NCBI GenBank assembly: GCA_001244265.2
Contig: CDLV01000015.1
Location: 930,001-994,000 of the forward strand
Reading direction: 5' to 3'
DNA from: Microbotryum violaceum
Lineage: Eukaryota
Length of the DNA: 64,000 bases
Shown: piece by piece, positions 34,300-45,240 of the stretch
Position numbering within the stretch: position 1 is the first letter of the stretch
Layout: each line of letters starts with the position of its first letter
Notes under the pieces: generated by a model
Seen by the model: the letters and a program-made list of their open reading frames with translations, nothing else
The model's database searches: none
Told to the model about the DNA's origin: nothing
Translations under genes and position numbers: made by a program

Positions 34300-34433
34300 C
34301 CCACAGCGATTTGAAACACATTCGGAATCGCTGCGCCGATTTGAGATGCATTTCAAGTCGCTCCGCCGACTTCAAATGCGTTTCAAGTGCGATGTGGGAT
34401 TTCAAATCGGGGGCCCGATCCCGGGATCATCCC
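34300..34433 (-). repeat. 30-bp-period imperfect repeat; right member of the inverted pair
   Basis: GATTTGAAAC / GATTTGAGAT / GACTTCAAAT / GATTTCAAAT at 30-bp spacing. Confidence 0.7.
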
Positions 34434-34585
34434 ATTTCAGGGTTTTTTTTTTGCTATGGTGCTGAGTTGACACGGCAATCTGGGGCCGCCACCCATGTCC
34501 AGGGAGTTGCCGGCGAAGCGGAAAAAGAAAAAGAGAAAAAAGAAAAAAGAGAAGGAAAGGAAAAGAAGGAAAGTCGAACACATGA

Positions 34586-36834
34586 TGTACATGGTCATCG
34601 TGCTCTGCATAACCTGCCCGAATTCGGTATCTTTACACCAACACCAGGTACGCAAGGATGGTATCCCTAAGCTTGAAAAACACGCTTACAGTCCCGCTCG
34701 CAGCGGCACATCCTCTCCGCCGACATCCCACCGCTCGAGGTCGTCAAGGAGCTTGATCGCATTCTCGTCGACTTTGTCCGCGGCGGCAAGAGAAGGTCGT
34801 GCTATGGCAAGGACGTCGTCTTCACACCGAGGTTCAAGGGGGGTCTTGGGGTCATGCGGATGCAGGACGTCGTCGACTCGGTTGCGGCACGCGTCTGGGA
34901 TGTGCTTCTTGGCGGTTCGGATGCGATCTGGCAGGGACTTGCGCGCGCGGCAATTGTACGAGCCCATCCCGCCCCCGACTTTGACTTGGCAACTGATGCG
35001 TGGTCTTGCGACTACACTCCGATCCGAACCGATCTACACCCAAGATGGCAGGCCGTGCTGAAGGTACCATCGACGCACAATGCGCAAGTCAAGCCGAGGA
35101 CGTTGACGCTCGCGAATCTTCTCGCTCTTCCGATCAAGTTGCACACCCTTCACTACCTACCGGGAGCACCAGCTGTGTCGCGATCACCCTACGACGTCGA
35201 CTATGCTGCGTTTGCCATTTACGCCAAGGTAGCGGACCTGTTCCGACGCGAGCTGTACCCGGGTGGGGGCTTTCATCTCTGGACGCCGCCGACGGATGTG
35301 GTCGTCAGCAACAGCGAATACGATCAACGGGGCCGCCCACAACGAGAGCACATTGTGGCATGGTACCGACATGCGATCAATCGATTAAGGTTCACACCAA
35401 TAGCTCAACCGGTGGAGGCAGTACGAATCAACGGGCCTCCCCGAGTCCGCCCCAGATCCGAGGTCCGCCCCACCACGCCGCTCGAGTCGATCCTGCCCCA
35501 TCCGATCGACCCGCCGCAGCGCCTTCCGAGACCGGCTCTCCCAGACCAATCAACACAATACAACTTGCTCAGCATGGATCGGCCATACACCATCCGTCGC
35601 GTCCGCCGAGTCTTGAATGCAAAGGCCTTCACCGACAAGATCGGTTTCAGGGACTCGCTGCAGCCCGACGATATCAAGGGATTCTGGAAGGGGGTCAACT
35701 CGAAGGCATTGACGGCGAGGGAACGCGAGGTGTGGTTCAAGCTCGTCAGAAACTTCACCCCGACTCGGAGTCTGCAGTTTCATCAAAAGCACGACGACTC
35801 GCCCGCGTGCCTCGTCTGTGGAGCACCCAAGGACGATCGGGAGCACTACTTCTTCGACTGCGTTGACTCTGGGAACGTTTGGATCGCGGCAAGGAGCGTG
35901 CTCTGCGACGCACTGGGGCTCGACACGATCGACAACACGCATTACACGGCTGTTCAACGCATGTTCGGACTTCCGAAGCTCAAGGCCAGTCTGCGCGATC
36001 AAGAAGGAGCGGGGAGGACGATCGAAATATTCACCGGGCTAGTCTTGGAGATGATCAGCAGCGGGAGGTGGGGGATGCAGAAGTGGGGGACGAGGACGGA
36101 GGGTGTTGGGAGGAGGAGGATCATCTTGGAGGAGAGGTTGAAGCTGAGGGCGGGAGGAGCTTGGGGAGGAGAGGGCAGTAGAGGCTGGGTTCGACTTTCC
36201 CCCCACCACCACACACACACACACCAAATTCTCGTGACATCATTTTCTCCTACTGTACACTAAATAGATCGCTTTCATCTTTCATTTGTTACAGGTTCAC
36301 CGTTGCGGATCATGGACCATCTCGCGATTTGGCGTCGATTCGGTGTGGCTCGCGCTCTTCGGCTTCGGGGTTCTGAGTCAAGGGAGGGATCAGCGGACAT
36401 AGGCAGAAAGTCGGCTTTGAGGGGCCAGGGACTGCCGATGGGGGAGGTTTTGAGAGACCTTCACCGCGCCTTGTTGTGACTGAGCAGAGACTTGGAGCGT
36501 CGAGGGTCGTGGTGGTTGCGCAGTCGTGCTCTTGTCTTCGTCTCGACCGAGTGGGAAGTGGCTGTGGGGTGGGCCTTCTGTCGTTAGTGCATTTCTTTTC
36601 TTTCTTTTTTCTCTTCATCTCTCTTTCTCTCTCTCATTAGTCTCCTGGGGGGAGCAACCGCTTGGCTAGGGCATTTGAATCCGAATCTCGGATTGGTGGA
36701 CTTGGCTCGTTTCTCGCACTTTTGCGGGCGGTTTGTGTTATCATCGTAGTCTTCCATCTAGTTTTTCCGTAGGCCAAAACAGGGGGAACAGGAACTGGGG
36801 GCAATATGATGAACGTTTTCTACAAAAAAAAAAA
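34586..36834 (+). mobile_element. 5'-truncated LINE (L1/Tx1-like); ORF2 C-terminus 34854-36263
   Basis: TPRFKGGLG motif upstream of the ORF; zf-RVT CLVCGAPKDDREHYFFDC; long 3' UTR ending in an A run at 36824-36834; 5' limit approximate. Confidence 0.85.
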
Positions 36835-36930
36835 CGCCTCACTTCAAAGCCTTTTCAAAGCTCGGACAGCAGTGTAAAGAGCAATGATGAAACAAGCAGG
36901 CTTTGAACACGTGAATTACAATCCTTTGCT

Positions 36931-38161
36931 TTACCAGAAATGGCTTCCACAAAAATAGTGCGAACATCTCACCGTGTTGGAGTTCCAATGCTTAGAGTAA
37001 GGCACCGGTCGATTGAAATCGCGGGTTCGGGGAGGCCAATCCGAGGTACTAACGAGTCTCGAATCAACGTTCTTGAGGACTGTTTTGTTGCACTCGTATC
37101 CGTCGGAGCACATCCTGAAAGGTGGAATAAGTCGTAAATTGAAGGTCGATGAAATATCAAGATACCGAGGATGCCCATGTGAGAAGCGCAGGGAAAGATG
37201 CCGATTGATACCGATGCCGATAAGGATCAAGCCGAGGTCAGAAGCTCTTGTCATATGGTCCGCCGAGCATGAACTCACGCCAGTCCTTCTTCTTGCGAGC
37301 TTCATACAGAAGCTGTTGGTAGCGCGAAGTGATGGCACACTGGATGGCAGGTCGTGGAGCCAATCTGTATCCTCCTTGTGTTCCGATCTTAGTGGTTGCA
37401 TCGGGTCACGATTTCGCACAATCGCCGAGGGAGCACAAGACCCGACACTGTTGCCGTCTGATGCTTGTAGTGTGTGTTTGATTTTTCTTAGTAGTAACTG
37501 ACTTTGTCCGTTGCTCTGCTCACTTGAGAGACGGCGTCCGTTCGGATCTTCGACCATACGGACCGGGTGGGCTCGGTAGAACTAAAGTCGAAGCGAAGGG
37601 TAGCTCAAAGTGACCGATAGATGCGTTGAACGAGTCGGACTGGGTATCGGAACATGAACGGATTTATTTCTAGTCACTCCTCTTGGAACGGGAACACAGA
37701 AACGCGGACTTCAGTACACGAGATGGAGCGGCAGGGGGAGCGGGCTAATGGTTGGGCGACGACTCACGGTACCTTTTCTCAAACGGCTCTATTTCATGGC
37801 AGATGTTGTGACGATGGATGTCAGCTTAGCAAAGGATACCACCGACACGATCCTTAGTATTCGAGCTGTTACCATTGACCTGCACTCCTCGCGTAGTCCA
37901 ATGATCGTAGTCGACCAACGTTGGCTCCGACCTGATCCTTATCGGCGACTCCTGAACTTGCCTTATCTGAAGGTATTGCTCAGCGGGTATTCCAAGTTTT
38001 GTTACTTGCTTCTTTATCGGTCTGATCGTCTTCAAGAATGCTTTGGGACGTTGTAGGCGGTTGACGACGATGAAACGCGGTGGACGGCGGACCTCGGGAG
38101 CCTGACGTCGGTGCGCTCGTGATGCTAGATTAATGGCGGTCTTGCTCGATCGATGGCTCAT
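36931..38161 (-). other. Unique sequence with possible spliced hypothetical gene or remnant
   Basis: Co-oriented ORFs (37826-38161, 36931-37557) and a GTGAGT donor-like site; no recognisable motif. Confidence 0.2.
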
Positions 38162-39393
38162 GTAGGTTGATGAGCATTGGCATACAGCCCAACTCCGTGT
38201 CTTCGTCGACGTAAAGTGTAAAGTGTGCTAGTTCAGTGTCTCGCCCAGGCGTGCTGTTCACGCCAAATCGTTTCGATCGGCTTTGCTGAACGGCATCGGA
38301 TGGGATCAACAATTGATGGCGAGTCTTGCGGTGACGTGGCAGATTACGTTGTGTTGGCTCGAAGGCCGAAGAAGTGCGGACGTTGGGCATAGATCAGGAC
38401 AGGTAGGGGGCTGAGAAAGAGCTCGATGCGATTGTCGCGCCGCGGGCGACACGTCACTTCTACTAACTTCCCGTGGGCCAATGACAACTTCCCCACCTTT
38501 CTGCCAACTTCCCCCACGCCTCTGCCAAGTTCGCAAACTTCATTGCCTAAGCGGGCCGCAATCGGGCCTCAAGGCCTCAAGCGCGCGCGCGCGCCTGAAG
38601 TTGGCGAAGTTGGCACTCCCTGAACACCGCCAGCGCCCCGGTAAGTGGACCTGAATGTAAATGTAAATGTGATCAGGTGCTTCGATATAGACCCCGCCGG
38701 TGGTTCCACAACTCGTATTACTGTACAACACGATTCGAAAGTTGGGCTGATACCAAACTTGCCAGCTGGTGCGACAAGCCCTTGCCACAATGCACGCTGA
38801 CAGATATCAAATTCGTCCAAGTCATAGTCGCGTAAATCGTAAATCGCACGCGTGCGGAGTCCGCGCGTTGCAGCGCGTTGCGCGTGAGTGCGCGTGTCTC
38901 GGGCGAAGTGCTGCGAAGTGTGGATTGAACGTTGAACGAACGTCGATGGAAAGCCCGCCTCTTTCTCTTTTCCTCTTTTCCTCTCTTCCTCTCTTCCCGC
39001 CGACCACACACCTGCCTGCACCATGCACCGCCTCACAGTCGAGCACAAGCATCTGATAAATCTCTGATCGCATCTGGTTAGACGTTCGTCAGCGCTCCGC
39101 CTGTCTGTCTCGCGGGTCCTCATCACTCTCGTTCGTCTTCGCATCGTCGTCGCCACGACCACTGCTCGCAGAGCCCAGGCCTACTCCGACCTCGTTTTCG
39201 TTTATCTTTGCAATCCTCGACCCGGTGCCAGTCTTCGCGGTCTGCCACTCACCACAGCCTATTGTACGCTCAGCTCGTCGGCAGTAAGTCAAGTTGTACT
39301 CAAGACTGGTTGGGTCAGTGAGCTTGTTATCAAACTGACAGAGCGTTTGGAAGCAGTGCCGCGCAACTTTGATCCAATAACATACTACTACAG

Positions 39394-41490
39394 CTCTCCC
39401 CGGGCTGCACTCGAATCGTAAAACACCTATCGATGAGCGCCTGAAAGAGGAGCTTGGCAGCAGAATCCCTTACTCGCCCAATCTCCACACCTTCATAGCG
39501 TCGCCCGACCCCGAACTCGACGCTTTGGTCGAAGATGTTACGTTTGCTGGTACCTGGGGGCAGGAGGAGCCGATGCAAGCTCTCTTTGACCAAATTAATG
39601 CTGTTGTAAGTTCGAAAGCACTCCATACAGAGGGAAGTGGTGTGATGCATTTGACTGAGCATGGCCGATTCGTGCTTCAGGGTCCAGCGGTTCGACGTAT
39701 CGTCGCTAGTGGGGGTTTGAGCGTGCCCGTTCCGACGTCGGAAGAGCAGCAACATCATTCCGATCAAGCACCCGACGCAGTGACGCTGTTCACTTTTGCT
39801 TCGAACGAAGCTATCGAGGCGGCATGGAAGATGTCGAATGAAGACTGGCGCCGCGAAGAAGCACGATTGGGTCGACATCCGACCGATCGTCGCCAGGTGA
39901 ACCAGGTCCTCTTTCCGGGAGAGATCAAAGGCGGTCCCAAGGCAGGCGCCGCCGCTCGGCAGATACTTCGGCGATTCTATCGCTTGAAGTCGACAGTTGC
40001 TCTTCGTGAATTCGTCTACGGCTTCACCCTAGCCGTGGATCGTTTCCGAGTGCTTTGTCATATGCCGGGCGGGATCGTCCAGACGAACGAGTTCAACTGT
40101 TCGCGGCCCGAAGGCTTCAAGGTCCTCCTTCGGTTCCTTGTCCGACTTGTGGTCGACACCGAACTCAACCTCGGCGCAATTGTCTCGGGCGCCGCCTATC
40201 CGCTGACGGTCAACACTCTGCCGCCGTTCGTATATCAGCGTCCTACCTCGGCGGGATCGGCCGCGAACGTTCACCATCGAGCTCGTCTGTGGGCACCGAC
40301 CAACCGCAAGGACGCGATGACTGGAAACCGAACGGCTTACTATCCTGCTGCTGTCGAAAAGGATGGCGCCACCGCTTCGTATCGACGCTCACCCGAGCAG
40401 ACCGTCGCCTTCTCGTTTCCCACAAGTGAACAATCCAAGCGCACCATTCGCCTTTTGGAACGATTGGACACGTTCCACTCCACTACAATCGAAGGGCTTG
40501 CCACGGTGGAGACGATCTACCAGGATCCTCAAGCTTTTCGTACTGCTCCGCCCGACGTCTGCGGTGGGGATGCGGGTTGTCTGTCAGGTGGTGTGACTTC
40601 AAGGACGACACAGTTCATCGAGTATCGAGAATTGTATCAATCAATACTACAAGCCCAATCCACGCACCATCTGACGCAACTAATACTTGACGCGGTCAAA
40701 GGTCGGTCTTCACATCGGAATAAAAGGGGGGAGCGTAGGGACTGATACAATCGATCGTTCGGCGCATGGTCCGCAGGGGTACGGAGTCTTTACCAAATCG
40801 ACGTACTACATCGCGACCTTTCGATCGAAAACTTGGTGATCAAGCCTGACGGCACCGGAGCTCTGATGCTTTCGGATTGTTTTTGCTTCTTGGATGATGC
40901 CCTGTCCGAACAAGAGCGTTTGGAAGCGGTTGTGAGTAAAAACCCTGTCACGACTCTCTAAGCTAAGTCCACGGCCGCCAACTTGGAGCGGTTTGGCTAC
41001 GCAGGGCACTCTAGCAACTATGGCCCGCGCAATGCTCCCGACCAACAAGTCTCGGATTAAACATGAAATTTGGCATGAGATCGAGCAACTTGTCTTTGAC
41101 GTTCTGTATGTCATTTCAAGCCGCCCGTTGGGACCCAACAACCCTACAAGGATGTCGAGGGAGGATGAGAAGACATGGCGCAACTGGGACCGCATCGCTA
41201 CGGCATTGGCCATCTTGAAGTCGATCCAATTTCAGATCCCAATCGAATGGCGATCTCAGCTTGAACGGTATAAGCATTTTTGGACCGACATTGACCAATT
41301 GTTCCAAGTACTGTTCAAGTACTGCGGGCTGGGCTTGGTGAGCGAAAAGACCACAATCGCGGAAGAAGAAGTTGCTTTGTTTGCAGAGTGGGGTGGGCGC
41401 GATGGAGCTACTCGTTTGCTCGACCAACTGGTCCACGATTTGGAAATGTTGGCGTCCACGCTTGCGCTGCAAAATATGCAACTAAAGTAG
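39394..41490 (+). CDS. FunK1-type nuclease-like + pseudokinase protein K2, allele C (5' end uncertain)
   Basis: Exons ..40701, 40777-40931, 41005-41490 with GT-AG introns, open through to the TAG; PD...EIK; HRDLSIEN; LMLSD in place of LIDYD. Confidence 0.82.
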
Positions 41491-41666
41491 CTACATAAGC
41501 TACCCGTTGCGGTGTCACGCACATCACGGGCTCCGATCAGATTATTGTTGTTTACTACAGTGGTTGTTGTATGACTTCTCGTTTGTCTCTGCAACTCAGG
41601 TTTACTTTGTGCTTTCTTACAAGGTTCAGTATAGCGATGAGCGTGTGATTGTGGGTCTAAATGAAA

Positions 41667-42830
41667 TAACGGGAGGATCAAATTCAAAAAATAGCAGGAT
41701 AATCGAACAGTCTACATGATCTCAGCGCAGAGGTTAAGAAAACACCTTACGAAGTACAGCAAAGAAACAAGTCCATTCATCCTACATTCATCGCCGAAAC
41801 AGCCTGCATGTCGCTTGTTGCCGGACTTGGCTTCAAGCACTTGTGCAATGAGATCCGGACGGTTGCATGCTTTGTCATTCGGCCCCAGTGCAGCCTAAGT
41901 GTCCGGTTCGTCCTTTGCACTCTCAGTGTCGAGCCTTGCAGTGGGCACACACAGCCATCTGGGGCCAAGTACTCGCGGATGAGAACGTGGGGCTTGAGTG
42001 CTTTGAGCTCGATTCGAGGCCTGCGCACTTGCCTCTGCGCAGGAAGAGGTGGTGGTGGGGCGAGCTCAGCGTCGGATCGGCCATCGGGCCCTCGCGCTGA
42101 CCACACTGTCCGTTCTACAAAGCTGTACGGCGGGCGCTTATGCGGGTCGTAATACCAAGATCGGTCAAGTGGTTGCCATCACGCGCGGGGAGCTGATTCA
42201 GTCGATCGGAACGGGACGAAGAGGAGAGGAGAGCAGCCGGCTCAGCAGCAGGCGCTTGAGCAAGCTCGAGCAGGCCCATGGTCTCTCATGGTACGGCGGT
42301 ACGCTATCCTCGCGCCAGAGACTCGGCGCGGTTGTCACGAAAATTCGATGAGTGGGAGGGAAAGGAAAGAATTAGAGAGAGTATCGCGGGACTATCTACA
42401 GCCCCTGGAAGATCATGTTGTTGTTCGGCCCCTAAAACCGGTGTCGCGTTGTAAACAGTACGTCACGTGATCGACGGCGCATCGGGCAACGTAAGCCGCG
42501 CCCGCACGGACAGCGGGACCACGCCCGAGCTCTGTAGGAGAAGTGTCATGCAAACCCACGCGCTTGCTATACATACAAACTGCTCAATAGTTGGGCACCC
42601 CGCCAAAAATCAACAAAACTTGTCCTCGGGCTGTAGCTCGACTTTTATGGCGCAGAAAATGTGGAAAGGGTTGTACATGACTTCTGGTCGTGACGCCAAT
42701 ATCACAGGTAGGTGCGGCAGACGCAATACTGTACTGGTACATTCACGATAGGCGGTCCAGAGGGCCGCAACACAGTCAAAAACAGCGATTTTAGGTACAT
42801 GGGTCGCGGATCGACCTTTTTATATATAGA
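41667..42830 (-). mobile_element. Internally deleted Helitron derivative (inverted copy of 7879-9042)
   Basis: Reverse-complement identity with 7879-9042. Confidence 0.75.
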
Positions 42831-43205
42831 TAGAGAGGTAGTAAAGCGAACGAACTTATTCACGAAGTGCGTGGAAGTGACTAGATCGCACATTGGCACC
42901 TACGTATGAGGAAAGCGAGAAAGACAAAGGTGCTGAAAGGGCGAGGGACGAGGGATGAGGCGAGAAATTTTCTAGGGACTTCTCACAAAGAGACGAGGAC
43001 GAAGGAAGAGAGCAAGTGTGCGACCTTTGAGATCCGAGCTGCAGAAGGGAAAGAGAAAGACCAACTACTGGTAGTTGGGCAAGCTGAATCAGACGAGGTG
43101 GGTAAGTCTGGGACCGAGCTCGAGGAGGCTCGAAATTTGGGACGGATGTGGTAAGAGTCGAGAATCGAGAGCGAGGCTCGGGCTGGAGAAGAAGGTGAAA
43201 TTCAC

Positions 43206-43694
43206 TCAGAGAGAGAGAGAGAGAGGAGGCATCGACGATTTGACCGAGGGTTCCTTTGGCAGACAGGAAGATATTGGCGAAAGTTCCCTGCAGATCGGAA
43301 ACCTTGTTAGCTTGCCGTCGTTCAAAGCGGAGGCGGAAGAGCCCAACTGACCCGCAAAGATCGTGGTCACCCCGCCGAAGAGCTCCTCGGTCTCTCGGAG
43401 ATCACGCAGTGCACGGTCGACCGCTTCCACGGCGAATCGATGCGCCATTGGTGCTTCATCCCAAATGATGAGCTTGGTGGTACGCAGCATCAGCGGGAGA
43501 TCACTCTCCCTGTCGACTGGACACATAGAGGTCGGCAAGGTGTCGAGTGAGATTCGAAAAGTCGAATGCGCCGTGTGTCCCCCGTTGAGAAGCAACACCG
43601 CCACTCCGGGCCGGACAATGACACCGGAGCCCGTTTGTACTCCCGCTAGAAGGTTCGTCGCTGTTGGCTTCAAACGCGCCAGCTTCGCTATCAA
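43206..43694 (-). pseudogene. Helitron PIF1-like helicase fragment (inverted copy)
   Basis: Same LIIWDEAPM fragment with one amino-acid difference. Confidence 0.9.
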
Positions 43695-45240
43695 AGTAGT
43701 CGCACCCTAATCAGCCAGTGTCTTGCTAATCGATATTGAGAAAGATTACAGACCTGTAGTACGTGACGAGCCGGCGCCGCCGGCGTATTGGCTTCCAGTG
43801 ACGTCTCTAGGAGCTGAGGATCATCCACGTTCTGTGCGTGTGGTGCTTCAGCTCGAAGAATATGCGATCGGCATACTCATAAGTACCGCATCATACATCG
43901 CAATGCACGAGAAGAAAAAAAAGAGCCAAGATAATTACCTTGACGCCCCGAAATTGGGTACTTTTGATCGATACTACTAGGATCTGTGCGGCCTTCCCGC
44001 AGCCTCAACGTCGTCTTAGCAACGTCGTCTTAGCAACCGACGCAGCTGCAGCAACTGCGGATTCATCGAGTCTCATCCATCTGTACCGGAAGGACTATGT
44101 ACATAGGACCGAAGAGAACGCTTACCGGCAGATCAGAGCGATCGGGATCGCGGTGTTCCCTTCTGTTTCCGAGCACGAGCGACTGGACGCTTGAGCTTGG
44201 GGCCGGCGCCCTCTTCCGAATTCCTAACGGCGTAACGGCGTCCTTAGCATGGTCAAAGAGTGCACTAGTCTAATATGAAGTGACCCTCGTGTAGGCCGGT
44301 GTTGATGGCGTGGGTGTGCTGTACGGGGGCCCGACGGTGATCGCTGAAGAGTGCCATCAGCTTGAAGGCAGGTAAGCTTGACGCTGTGGTGGGCTCAAAA
44401 CATTGGCGATTTTCCTTCAAGGTTCAAGAGAGAACGGTTTGGATTTCAGACATTGCCTTAAGCCATATGATGCTGTACAGTGTCGCTTTATATGAAGTAA
44501 CACCTGGGGTCAAAGATCAGGAGATCAAAGTGTTTGCATCTCCTACAGGACGAGCTGCGACCAACGTCCATTCGGCGCAGATCGGATATGGCCCCGGCCA
44601 CCGTATAGACGCGCCGATTCGGCCAGCCAGCTGCAGCCAGTTTCGGCCCGAGGCAGCCAGCGTCAGCCAGCGTAGGGCCCGCAAAAGCTCAGCCCGATCA
44701 TGATGTATGTGCACGATTTGTACATTTCGAGCCCATTTATAATTTTTCATGGTAGATTAACTTTTTCAACACAACCCGATAAATTTGCCTTACACCGGAA
44801 TACATACACCCCTTGGAAAGGGATTTTCGGTGTACAAATCGGCCAAAAACCGGGGTTTTCGAGACGCATCTTCGGCTGAGCTTTCCGGCAGCGTCTGGCA
44901 GCGTCTGGCAGCGTCTGGCAGCGTCTGGCAGCGTCAGCGCGTTTGCGGCATGTCGCTGCGGTCCGCGCGGGGAGCCCTCCCGAGTCCACCCTGCATATCT
45001 CACCATACCATCACAAGCAATCTTCCTTCTGTCACGTGGCCCCACTCGCCTTTGTAGATACCTCTCCTGTTGCTGCTCATGTTGAGAAGACACCATCTCG
45101 GTGTCGGTTACGCGGATACAGGCTGAGGCACGCGAAAGCAACTGAACAAACTGACAACTACATCGCCGTGCCAGTGTTTTGCAGCTGGTCTAGACCTACT
45201 CCTCCCTCTTTCCTTAGCCTCTTCTCTTTGTGTTCTGTCG

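Noticed and set aside
34300..34433. CRISPR-like periodic repeats (also 19560-19640 and 23720-23790)
   Set aside because: Tandem units without unique spacers, no cas genes, eukaryotic context.
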